Positions 8,194 to 16,446 of a stretch of 20,000 nucleotides of DNA are shown piece by piece. Position numbers and translations under genes: made by a program. The notes under the pieces were generated by a model, which did not search any database, was not told where the DNA came from, and saw nothing but the letters and a program-made list of their open reading frames with translations. The stretch is from the sequence record SRR20825019_669. One strand, given 5' to 3'. The first letter of the stretch is position 1; each line of letters opens with the position of its first letter.

Positions 8194-11100
8194 TGATGCG
8201 GCAGTCTGAACAGGTGCGCACAAACCGCCGTTCCGGAAGCTGTTCCTGGATGGCGCTCTCCATGATTCGCAGCGTGGCGGTACTGTGTCTGATGCTGGCG
8301 ACTTTGGCATCGGCCGGGGCGCAGACTGTCGGTATTTCCAGCGGAAGCACGAATGGCGTCGACAGCCTGCGGTTTGACTGGCCGGCCCGGGTTGGGTACG
8401 AGGCACAAAAATTCGGAAACACCCTGGCCATTGTGTTCGATCGTTCGCTCTCCGCCGATTTTGGGCCGGTGGCGAGCGGAGTCGGGGATTTTGTTTCCGG
8501 CGTCAGTCTTGATGACGATAACCGGACAGTACTGATCGACCTCACCGGCAATCCGCGTTTCCGCTCGAGACGGGCCGGAAATTCGGTGATTCTGGAATTT
8601 TTCGACAGGAATGCTCCCGCTCCGGCAGCCGCGCCCGCGCCTGCTCCGGCCCAGCAGGCAGCTCCTGCTCCGTCCCCTGTTCCAGCTCCGGCTCGGCAGC
8701 CTGCCTCTACTCCGGCAGCAGCGCCCGCGCCGAATGCCCCTCCGCCGGCCAGACCCAGACCGCCGAACGTGCCGGAATTGTCGGTGCGCACCGGAACGCA
8801 CGATAATTTTTACCGCTTCGTTTTCGACTGGACGCAACAAACGCCCTATAGCGTCTCGGAGCATCCGGATCGCGCGGTGATCCGGTTCGAAAACCCGGCC
8901 TGGATCAATGATGACGAGGTCCGGCGGTACATTCCGGAGCGCTTCAAGAGTTTCAGTTCCGTTCCGGGGAGTAACGGGATCGACGTCACGATTCCGCTTC
9001 AGGCGCGCGCAGGCGTCCGGCATTTCACGACTGGAACACGGATTGTTCTGGATGTGGTGAACGGGGGGGAGCCGAGCCGGACGGGGGTATCTGCCTCCTC
9101 TACGGAGCCTGCCGTGCCCACGCCCAGAGCTGCCCCGACGGCGCCGGTGACAGCGGCTGTTCCGGAAAGTCAGGCGACAGATTCCGCAAAGCAAGCGGCA
9201 GCTCAGTTCGGATTGCAGCCACAACCTGGTGCTCCGGCTGCCCTGCCTCCGGCAACTGCTGCGCCTGCGCAACAGGAGAATGCGGCAGATACCGGAGGTG
9301 CTGGACAGGCTTCGACGGATCCAGCAAACGCGGCGCCTTCCGCCGCGTCCGTGCGGGCACAGGATACGGCGCCGGGACGTTCAGGGGAGGTCGAACCCGA
9401 AGCTTTCGGAACCGCAACACGATTGCAGGATATCGACCTTAATCGCTCGGTGCAGAATGGCGAATCCCTGGTTGCAAGCCTGAGCAAGGGAAATCCGGCG
9501 ACAATTGAAGGTCCGGTCATCCCGGTTTCGGCATCCCAGGATAACAATGTTGTCTCGGTCCGTTTCGAATGGACCCAACCGGTTCCCGCTGCGGTGTTTA
9601 CACGTGCCGGATATGTGTGGGTGGTTTTCGGAGCGCCCGCCCGCTTCGATCTGGCGGGTATCAACAGTGCCGACTATCAGTTGTTTGGCGAGAAGACCCA
9701 AATTCCCGTCACTGGTGGCTCGGCTGTTCGGTTTCCCACCGTCGAGGGTGTCAATCCAAGGGTCTGGCGTGACAACGCCGTCTGGATCGTTGACTTCCGT
9801 CCGCAGAACAGCCGTCCGGATGTACCGTTGCGGGTGGATACCCAGCTTGTCAGCGCACAGGGGCCGCGTGTTTTTATTCCGCTTGAGGATCACGGCTCGA
9901 CCGTCATCATCAGGGACCCCGAGATCGGTGATCAGTTGTTTGTCGTCCCGGTTGCGTCTCTTAGCCGTGGCGTCGACGGCCTTCGGCAATTCACCGAGTT
10001 CAATCTTCTGAATTCGGCACAAGGCCTGGTCGTTCAGCCTTTGGCGGACGATGTAACCATCCGCTCCCTGCCGGATGGTGTTGCCATCACGAAACCCGAT
10101 GGGTTGACGATTTCCCGCAATGTCCAGCAATCGGCTGATGATCAGGTCGCGCAGCGTATCGACGGATTGCCGCCAGGACTTGCTCCGGGCCGGATCTTCG
10201 ATTTCAGCAGTTGGCGGAAGGGCGGGACGGATCGGTTCCTGCAGGAAAAGCAGGCGATCCAGAGGCGGATTTCGGAAGCGACAAGTATCGCGCGCAGTGG
10301 CCCCCGGCTTGAGCTGGCCCATTTCTACTTCGCGCATGGCCTTTCCGCTGAAGCCATGGGGTTGCTTCGCACCATTGAGGTCGAGGATGAGGACCTTTCC
10401 CGGCGCCCGGACGTAAAAGCTTTGCGCGGCGCGGCCCAGTTCATGCTGGGGCGCTACAAGGAAGCGGAAGAAGATCTGATGGACCGCAATCTGAGCGGTC
10501 TGGCGGAAGCGGAGCTCTGGCGCGGAGCGACGAAGGCATCCCAGGGCCGCTGGCCGGAGGCTGTTGAACACTTTGCTCGTGCGGGTGAAATACCGGGCGG
10601 ATACCCACGGAACATTGCCACACAGATGGCTTTGCTCGCGGCTGAAGCGGCAATCCGGGCCGGCGATTATCGCGGTGCCGGCGCTTTCATCGATGTTGTC
10701 GCGGACGGCCAGCCAACACCTGGTGAGCAAGCCCGTTTGAATTACCTGCGGGGGCGGGTGCTTTACGCATCGGGCGATATAGATACGGCGCTGGATTATT
10801 GGCGCCGCCTGTCCCAGGGGCTGGATCGCTGGTCACGGGTCCGTGCCGAGCGGGCGCTGATCGAACATGGCCTGAGAGCTGGCCAGATCAGCCGTATCGA
10901 TGCCATCGCCGGGCTTGAGAGCCTGCGCTACACATGGCGCGGCGATCAGGTAGAGTTCGATCTGCTCCGGGAACTCGGCAAGCTCTATCTGGAAGAAAAC
11001 GAATATGTCGATGGCTTGAACGCGTTGCGTGAAGCCGTGACGTTCTTCCCTGAAAACCTCTACGCGGAACAGGTCGCGGAGGAGATGACGGACGCCTTCA

Positions 11101-11900
11101 CCCGGATATTCACGGAGGGAGAATCAGACAAGATGACCCCGATCCAGGCACTGTCTCTCTACGATCAATTCCGCGAGCTGACCCCAGTTGGTGTTCGTGG
11201 AGACGAGATCATTCAGAGACTGGCCGACCGTCTGGTTCAGGTCGATCTGCTGGATCGTGCATCGATTCTTCTGGAACGTCAGGTGAAGTTCCGTCTGCAG
11301 GGCGGCGACAAGGCGCGTGTCGGTGCCCGGCTCGCTTTGATCCGCCTGCTGGACCGCCGGCCGGAAGAAGCTCTTGCCGCTTTGGACGAAAGCGTTGCTC
11401 CCGGTATCGGCGCGGAGCTGGCGCTGGAGCGCAAACGTCTGCGTGCCCGTGCGGAGTTTGAGCTGGGAGATGCGGACGGCGCATTGAGGCTGCTTTCCCG
11501 CGATCAGAGCCATGATGCGGACTTGCTGCGTGCAGATATTTTCTGGCGGACCCAGCGTTGGGCCCAGGCTGCCGAGGTTTTCCAGCGTCTTGTCGGGCGA
11601 TCCGGTCAGGACGGGCGCCGGATCGACGAGCGGGCGGCAACGCTGATCCTGAATTGGGCCGTGTCTCTTTCTCTGAGCAACAATCTGGAGCAGTTGAGCC
11701 GGGTCCGGCAGATCTTCACCCAGCAGATGGACAACACACCGTTCCGAGAGGCTTTCCGGCTGATTACCAACAAGACCGAGGGGGATCTGGACGACTTCCG
11801 GACTTTGGCGGACCGGTTCGGAGAGATTGGCCGGTTTCAGGCTTTCCTGACGTCCTATCGCGATCGCCTTAAAGACAAGCCGTTGAGCTCGACCAACTAG
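8193..11900 (+). CDS. Large exported protein with N-terminal beta-rich repeats, Pro/Ala linkers and a C-terminal TPR-like solenoid (MotK/PflA-like candidate stator scaffold)
   Basis: Signal peptide ...IRSVAVLCLMLATLASAGA|Q; repeated RF(D/E)W units; helical repeats (LAHFYFAHGLSAEAMGLL, YLRGRVLYASGDIDTALDYW, LRADIFWRTQRWAQAAEVF). Start uncertain (8193, 8250 or 8262). Confidence 0.75.
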   Translation: MMRQSEQVRTNRRSGSCSWMALSMIRSVAVLCLMLATLASAGAQTVGISSGSTNGVDSLRFDWPARVGYEAQKFGNTLAIVFDRSLSADFGPVASGVGDFVSGVSLDDDNRTVLIDLTGNPRFRSRRAGNSVILEFFDRNAPAPAAAPAPAPAQQAAPAPSPVPAPARQPASTPAAAPAPNAPPPARPRPPNVPELSVRTGTHDNFYRFVFDWTQQTPYSVSEHPDRAVIRFENPAWINDDEVRRYIPERFKSFSSVPGSNGIDVTIPLQARAGVRHFTTGTRIVLDVVNGGEPSRTGVSASSTEPAVPTPRAAPTAPVTAAVPESQATDSAKQAAAQFGLQPQPGAPAALPPATAAPAQQENAADTGGAGQASTDPANAAPSAASVRAQDTAPGRSGEVEPEAFGTATRLQDIDLNRSVQNGESLVASLSKGNPATIEGPVIPVSASQDNNVVSVRFEWTQPVPAAVFTRAGYVWVVFGAPARFDLAGINSADYQLFGEKTQIPVTGGSAVRFPTVEGVNPRVWRDNAVWIVDFRPQNSRPDVPLRVDTQLVSAQGPRVFIPLEDHGSTVIIRDPEIGDQLFVVPVASLSRGVDGLRQFTEFNLLNSAQGLVVQPLADDVTIRSLPDGVAITKPDGLTISRNVQQSADDQVAQRIDGLPPGLAPGRIFDFSSWRKGGTDRFLQEKQAIQRRISEATSIARSGPRLELAHFYFAHGLSAEAMGLLRTIEVEDEDLSRRPDVKALRGAAQFMLGRYKEAEEDLMDRNLSGLAEAELWRGATKASQGRWPEAVEHFARAGEIPGGYPRNIATQMALLAAEAAIRAGDYRGAGAFIDVVADGQPTPGEQARLNYLRGRVLYASGDIDTALDYWRRLSQGLDRWSRVRAERALIEHGLRAGQISRIDAIAGLESLRYTWRGDQVEFDLLRELGKLYLEENEYVDGLNALREAVTFFPENLYAEQVAEEMTDAFTRIFTEGESDKMTPIQALSLYDQFRELTPVGVRGDEIIQRLADRLVQVDLLDRASILLERQVKFRLQGGDKARVGARLALIRLLDRRPEEALAALDESVAPGIGAELALERKRLRARAEFELGDADGALRLLSRDQSHDADLLRADIFWRTQRWAQAAEVFQRLVGRSGQDGRRIDERAATLILNWAVSLSLSNNLEQLSRVRQIFTQQMDNTPFREAFRLITNKTEGDLDDFRTLADRFGEIGRFQAFLTSYRDRLKDKPLSSTN

Positions 11901-11926
11901 GTGTTGTCTGTGTATCTGGCGCCTGG

Positions 11927-12706
11927 CTAAGAGGCGCCGAAACTGCGCACGAGACTGCCGGCGATCAGATACCAGCCATCGACCAGAACAAAGAAGATCA
12001 GCTTGAAGGGCAGGGAGACGATGACCGGCGGCACCATCATCATGCCCATGGACATCAGGATCGAGGCGACCACCATGTCGATGATGACGAACGGCAGATA
12101 AATCAGGAAGCCGATCTCGAAGGCGCGTCTGAGTTCGCTGATCATGAAGGCGGGGACGAGAACCTTCAGGGGCGCGTTGGCACCGACTTCCGCCGGGCCG
12201 ACCTGGCCGATATCTTCAAACAGCTGCAGATCCTTGTCCCGCACCTGACCCAGCATGAAGATCCGGAACGGCTCGGCCGCCCGCTCGAACGCTTCGAATT
12301 CGTCGATGCGTTCCTCGATCAGCGGAGAAATACCGTCCTGCCAGGATTTTTCGAGTGTCGGCGCCATGATGAAGCCCGTCAAAAACAGGGCGAGGCTGAT
12401 CATCACGATGTTCGGCGGCGATTGCTGGGTGCCGAGGGCGGTACGCAGCAGGGAGAAGACGATCACCAGCCGGGTGAAGGAGGTGACGGTCACCAGAATG
12501 CCCGGCGCGATGGACAGCAGCGTGACGACGCCAACGAGCTGGATCAGGCGCGCCGTTGTCGAGCCGCCGGGCTCGCCGATATCCAGTGTCAGGGTCTGCG
12601 CCACGGCGTCCGGAGCGATAATAAGGCCGGTCAGGGCAATGCATGCAGCCCCCGCGAACCAGCTCCAGTGAGGCCAGCGGCGGCGGGAGAAGAGGGCGCG
12701 TCTCAT
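11927..12706 (-). CDS. fliP: Flagellar export apparatus protein FliP
   Basis: Signal peptide, TSFTRLVIVFSLLRTALGTQQSPPN, PAFMISELRRAFEIGF, MGMMMVPP, LPFKLIFFVLVDGW. Confidence 0.97.
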   Translation of the reverse strand: MRRALFSRRRWPHWSWFAGAACIALTGLIIAPDAVAQTLTLDIGEPGGSTTARLIQLVGVVTLLSIAPGILVTVTSFTRLVIVFSLLRTALGTQQSPPNIVMISLALFLTGFIMAPTLEKSWQDGISPLIEERIDEFEAFERAAEPFRIFMLGQVRDKDLQLFEDIGQVGPAEVGANAPLKVLVPAFMISELRRAFEIGFLIYLPFVIIDMVVASILMSMGMMMVPPVIVSLPFKLIFFVLVDGWYLIAGSLVRSFGAS

Positions 12707-13035
12707 GCCTGTTTCCCCATTTCCTTGGGTTCGTCGGCCGCTCCGGCAAGCTCTAGGGCGGACTGAAAACTTTTCGTGGCCGCGTTGGACTCGAGAAGCA
12801 GATCGTTATTGGGGCCGAGCAGGAGTAAATGCTCGCGATCATCGCAGCGAACAAGCATCACGCGCCGTCGTGCGTCGAGAGATATCTGGCCGGTCACGGA
12901 AAGGCGTCCGATACCGTGGGCGCGCATGATACCAAGCCGCCCCGCATAGCGGCGGGCAACCCAATAGACCGCGCCGATCAAGCCGATCGTAAAGGCGAAG
13001 CCAAGGAAAAACCGGACATAAACATCAAAACCCAT
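12703..13035 (-). CDS. fliO: Flagellar biosynthesis protein FliO
   Basis: One N-terminal TM segment, then RLSVTGQISLDARRRVMLVRCDDREHLLLLG. 4-bp overlap with fliP. Confidence 0.88.
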   Translation of the reverse strand: MGFDVYVRFFLGFAFTIGLIGAVYWVARRYAGRLGIMRAHGIGRLSVTGQISLDARRRVMLVRCDDREHLLLLGPNNDLLLESNAATKSFQSALELAGAADEPKEMGKQA

Positions 13036-13069
13036 GGCAAAAGCATTTCACAAGGCGTTGCTGATGGGA

Positions 13070-13088
13070 ACCGGCAAGCGATGTCGTG
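13070..13088. promoter_or_regulatory. ftr-like dyad upstream of fliO
   Basis: ACCGGCA-AGCGA-TGTCGTG has one mismatch to the CGGCA-N5-TGCCG core and sits 35-53 bp upstream of the fliO ATG. Confidence 0.4.
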
Positions 13089-13162
13089 TGATGAGCCATG
13101 ATGAATACCTGTGTGGCGAGGCCGGACGAGGCCGGAAATCAAGGTGGTTCGCGTGGAGGCAG

Positions 13163-13495
13163 TCAGCCCTTGCGGGTCCCTCGGCTGCCATAGGCCGCGG
13201 CAGCCTTTCTGCGCAAGTTCGCGGAATCGGAGGCGGGTTTTTCTTCCGCCGCCTTTTCGGCCATTGTCTTCGACAGCAATTCAAGCAGTCCGATGACGTG
13301 CTTCATTTCAGGAGCCAGGGCATGAGCTTCTTTCGGGGGCAGGCCCGGAATAGTGGCGCAAACGGAGGCAACATCCGTTTCAAGACCGATCAGAGCGCCG
13401 GAGATGATCGAAGACGGGTCCTTCAGGGCTGCCTCAAGGCGTGCGCGCACCGAGGCAAGCCGTTCCGCCGGGCTTCCAGGATTGGCGACAGTCAT
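13163..13495 (-). CDS. Hypothetical alpha-helical protein (110 aa), coupled to the FlhB-domain gene
   Basis: ATG overlaps the upstream TGA (ATGA), with a GAGGAG RBS. Amphipathic helices and a C-terminal RKAAAAYG motif. Confidence 0.7.
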   Translation of the reverse strand: MTVANPGSPAERLASVRARLEAALKDPSSIISGALIGLETDVASVCATIPGLPPKEAHALAPEMKHVIGLLELLSKTMAEKAAEEKPASDSANLRRKAAAAYGSRGTRKG

Positions 13496-13896
13496 TTCTG
13501 CTCCTCGACACGGGCGCGTTCGTTGGCGCGATACACATAGGTAAGGATCTCCGCCACGGCGGCAAAGGCTTCAACAGGAATTTCGCAATCCACTTCGACC
13601 GCCGCGAGGATCTGGGCCAGATCGGGATCTTTCCGTACCTTCACATCGTTTTCGAAAGCAAGGCGCAGAATTTTCTCCGCAACTTCTCCATAGCCCTTGG
13701 CGATCACCTTCGGGGCGTCTTCGGTGCCGGCATCGTGGTCGAGCGCGATTGCAATCTGACGGTCTTTAGACGCGTTGGCTTCACGCCGGGCCTTTGCCGC
13801 ACGCCGTTCCAGTGCCGTGCGCTGGCCCTCCCGGTCCGGAAGTGCGCCTGCGCCGGATGTGGAAATTTTTGTCAGGTCTCGCGAATGCTCTGTCAT
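13492..13896 (-). CDS. Stand-alone FlhB C-terminal-domain protein (EscU/YscU/HrcU family, FlhX/YlqH-like)
   Basis: IAIALDHD..DAPKVIAKGYGEVAEKILRLAFENDVKVRKDPDLAQIL...EIPVEAFAAVAEILTYVY aligns with the post-NPTH part of FlhB in this window. No TM domain and no NPTH. ATG 13896 chosen; start uncertain. Confidence 0.85.
   Translation of the reverse strand: MTEHSRDLTKISTSGAGALPDREGQRTALERRAAKARREANASKDRQIAIALDHDAGTEDAPKVIAKGYGEVAEKILRLAFENDVKVRKDPDLAQILAAVEVDCEIPVEAFAAVAEILTYVYRANERARVEEQK
13858..13876. promoter_or_regulatory. ftr-like enhancer for the flgB promoter
   Basis: TGTGGAAATTTTTGTCAGG closely resembles the flgF element GGTGGAAGCTTTTGCCGGG and lies 70-90 bp upstream of the sigma54 site. 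Confidence 0.5.
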
Positions 13897-13943
13897 CGAA
13901 AGAAGTATATGCGAGCACAGGCTCAGTCCAAACAAGCCAATCT

Positions 13944-13959
13944 TGGCACGATGCTTGCT
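13944..13959 (+). promoter_or_regulatory. Sigma54 (-24/-12) promoter of flgBC-fliE
   Basis: TGGCACGATGCTTGCT matches the consensus TGGCAC-N5-TTGCW, 65 bp upstream of the flgB ATG. Confidence 0.92.
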
Positions 13960-14024
13960 TTTGTTGTTGCGGGCGCCGTGGTGGCTTCCGGAACTGACTG
14001 AAAAGTGTGCGAGCGAGAGTCGAT

Positions 14025-14435
14025 ATGTCGATCAACAATCTGACACTGATGAACATGGCGCAACATAAGCTGAACTGGCTCTCCGAACGCCAGTCCGTGC
14101 TGGCGCAGAATGTCGCAAACGCCGATTCTCCGAGTTACCGGTCGCAGGATCTCAAGCCGATCAACTTCAAGCGGGAGGTCGAGCAGGTTACCAAGCTCCC
14201 CGTTGCGGTGACGGAAGGTAATCACATGACCGGCACCACGCCGCGCAACGATTTTCGCATTGATAAGGCGAGCTACAAGGACGTTTACGAGGCGAGCCCG
14301 AACGGCAATGGCGTCGTTCTGGAAGAACAGATGATCGCCGTGCAGGACACCAAGCTGCAGTACGACCTCGCCCTCAATCTCTACAGCAAGCAGGTCGGCA
14401 TGTTTCGCACCGCACTCGGTAGCGGCGGCCGGTAA
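14025..14435 (+). CDS. flgB: Flagellar basal-body rod protein FlgB
   Basis: WLSERQSVLAQNVANADSPSYRSQDL, SPNGNGVVLEEQM. ATG at 14025. Confidence 0.95.
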   Translation: MSINNLTLMNMAQHKLNWLSERQSVLAQNVANADSPSYRSQDLKPINFKREVEQVTKLPVAVTEGNHMTGTTPRNDFRIDKASYKDVYEASPNGNGVVLEEQMIAVQDTKLQYDLALNLYSKQVGMFRTALGSGGR

Positions 14436-14463
14436 GCAGGCATAAGCAGGAAAGGATTACGTC

Positions 14464-14874
14464 ATGGATCTTAATTCCGCGATCAAGATTTCCGCATCCG
14501 GTATGCGGACCCAGGGCACGCGCCTCAGGGTTATTTCCGAAAACGTGGCAAATGCTGACTCGCTTGGCTCGGTCAAGGGAGAGGACCCGTATCGCCGGAA
14601 AACCATCGTCTTCGAGAATTATGTAAATCGGGACGAAGATGCCGAAATGGTCCGTGTGGCAAAGATCGGCCGGGACGATTCGGAATTCGAACTGGCTTAC
14701 GAGCCGTATCACCCGCTGGCTGACGAAGACGGCTATGTACGCCGTCCGAACGTGAACAGCCTGATCGAGATGATGGACATGAAGGAAGCCCAGCGCAGTT
14801 ACGAGGCGAACCTTTCCTCCATCGAGATGGCGCGCAGCATGCTGCAGCGGACGGTTGACCTGTTGCGCGGCTAA
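14464..14874 (+). CDS. flgC: Flagellar basal-body rod protein FlgC
   Basis: ISASGMRTQGTRLRVISENVANADS, PYRRK, YEPYHPLADEDGYVRRPNVN, AQRSYEANL. Confidence 0.97.
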   Translation: MDLNSAIKISASGMRTQGTRLRVISENVANADSLGSVKGEDPYRRKTIVFENYVNRDEDAEMVRVAKIGRDDSEFELAYEPYHPLADEDGYVRRPNVNSLIEMMDMKEAQRSYEANLSSIEMARSMLQRTVDLLRG

Positions 14875-14931
14875 GATATTGGCCGGGCTGGAAAGAGTGC
14901 CTGATTCCAGTTACTGTCAGGCTGAATCACA

Positions 14932-15249
14932 ATGGAGATATCCATGGTAGGCAATATCGGAAATGCGTTCGGGGCAGCTGGTATCGGCAAGATTCCGGGG
15001 GCCGACGATGCGAAATCCGCCGGAGCGGTCGGAACCGATTTCGCAACTTTCGTGAAGCAGGCGGCCGAGGATGCGGTCGGTACCATGGAAGCCGGAGAGC
15101 AAATGTCCATGAAGGGGATCGCCGGAGAGGCCGATCTGACCGATGTGGTGCAGGCGGTGAACAGTGCGGATATTACGCTGCGGACAATCGTGACACTGCG
15201 CGACCGGATGGTGCAGGCTTATCAGGAAGTGATCCGCATGCCAGTTTGA
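14932..15249 (+). CDS. fliE: Flagellar hook-basal body complex protein FliE
   Basis: 105 aa; DFATFVK, GEADLTDVVQAV, C-terminal LRDRMVQAYQEVIRMPV. Confidence 0.95.
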   Translation: MEISMVGNIGNAFGAAGIGKIPGADDAKSAGAVGTDFATFVKQAAEDAVGTMEAGEQMSMKGIAGEADLTDVVQAVNSADITLRTIVTLRDRMVQAYQEVIRMPV

Positions 15250-15297
15250 TGGCGCATGCGGCCCCTTTTAGGGTCATAATCGGTTGGTCATGAATTG

Positions 15298-15316
15298 CCC
15301 GGCAGATCTTGCCGGG
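15298..15316. promoter_or_regulatory. Perfect ftr-like dyad upstream of fliQ
   Basis: CCCGGCA-GATCT-TGCCGGG is a perfect 7-bp inverted repeat with a 5-bp spacer, 27-45 bp before the fliQ ATG. An extra TTGCCGGG half-site lies at about 15327-15334. Confidence 0.65.
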
Positions 15317-15342
15317 CCGTACTTGTTTGCCGGGGTAAGCCC

Positions 15343-15609
15343 ATGAACGAAGCTGATGCTATCGAGATTGGCCGCGAAGCGGTGATCACGATGCTAACCA
15401 TGTCGACACCGATCATGTTGCTCGGTCTTGCGGTTGGTTTGTTGATTTCTCTCTTCCAGGCTCTGACCCAGTTGCAGGAAATGACATTGGTGTTCGTACC
15501 GAAGATCATCATCGTCTTTGCTGGCTTGATCTTCTTCCTGCCGTTCATGCTGAACACGATAAATGCCTTCATGCAGTCCATCGCGGACAAAATCATATCG
15601 CTCGGATAG
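15343..15609 (+). CDS. fliQ: Flagellar export protein FliQ
   Basis: 88 aa; VGLLISLFQALTQLQEMTLVFVPKI. ATG at 15343. Confidence 0.96.
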   Translation: MNEADAIEIGREAVITMLTMSTPIMLLGLAVGLLISLFQALTQLQEMTLVFVPKIIIVFAGLIFFLPFMLNTINAFMQSIADKIISLG

Positions 15610-15624
15610 GGCTGGCACAGGTTC

Positions 15625-16389
15625 ATGCCTCTTGAGGATTTCCTCCCGACTCAGGTCTACATCATTCTGCTGGTCTTGAGCCGGTTGGGCGGGACCATGA
15701 TGCTTATACCGGGGATTGGGGAGACCTTTGTCCCCGTCCAGTACCGGCTGATCCTGACGGTCGGGCTGAGCCTCGTCGTTGCACCTTTGGTCGCGGATAC
15801 CATCCCGCTGGCCCCGACCGCGCCGGAGCTCGCCCGCCTGGTCTTTTTTGAGCTGGTCATCGGACTCTATTTCGGGATCGTCGCACGTATCCTGCTGTTG
15901 ACGATGGATACGGCAGGCCAGATCATTGCCATGAATGCAGGCCTTGCAAATGCGCAGATATTCAACCCGGCAATCGCGACGCAAGGCTCGCTGCCCGGCT
16001 TCTTTCTGCTGAATATCGCGACGCTGCTTCTGCTGATCACCGATCTGCATCACTTGCTGATCCGCGCCCTGATCGACAGCTACTCCCTGTTCCCGCCGGG
16101 CGCGCCACTTCCCTTGGCGGATTTCGCCGACGCGATTTCGACGGTTATTTCGCATAGCTTCCAGCTTGCCGTGCAGCTTTCCTCGCCATTCATTGTGCTG
16201 GGGCTGCTATTCTATCTGGTGATGGGGATCATGGCGCGGCTGATGCCGCAGCTGCAGATCTTTTTCGTCGCACTGCCGATCCAGGTGGTAATGGGGCTGG
16301 TGGTTCTGTCCTTGGTGCTCAGTGGGGCCATGCTGGTCTTTTTGGAGTATTATGGTGCGAATATCGGGAGCTACGTGATCCCGAGGTAA
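15625..16389 (+). CDS. fliR: Flagellar export protein FliR
   Basis: Polytopic; RLGGTMMLIPGIGE, AGQIIAMNAGL, TDLHHLLIRALIDSY, RLMPQLQIFFVALP. Confidence 0.96.
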   Translation: MPLEDFLPTQVYIILLVLSRLGGTMMLIPGIGETFVPVQYRLILTVGLSLVVAPLVADTIPLAPTAPELARLVFFELVIGLYFGIVARILLLTMDTAGQIIAMNAGLANAQIFNPAIATQGSLPGFFLLNIATLLLLITDLHHLLIRALIDSYSLFPPGAPLPLADFADAISTVISHSFQLAVQLSSPFIVLGLLFYLVMGIMARLMPQLQIFFVALPIQVVMGLVVLSLVLSGAMLVFLEYYGANIGSYVIPR

Positions 16390-16446
16390 TGTGTGTGGCG
16401 TCGCGGCAATGGAGCTGCGGCCACGAAGTTTATCGGAGCCGCCGGC

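Noticed and set aside
8611..8765. GCTCCG/GCGCCCGCGCC quasi-repeats
   Set aside because: They encode the Ala-Pro linker. They are irregular, with no spacer structure, so not a CRISPR array or VNTR.
7970..10730. Long minus-strand ORFs (273, 365 and 449 aa) opposite the large TPR gene
   Set aside because: These are shadow ORFs; their Gly/Ala/Arg repeats simply mirror the Pro/Ala linkers of the real gene.
11918..11938. Hairpin GGCGCCT-N7-AGGCGCC at the convergence of the TPR gene and fliP
   Set aside because: There is no convincing U-tract in either direction and it overlaps the fliP stop codon, so it is too weak to call a terminator.
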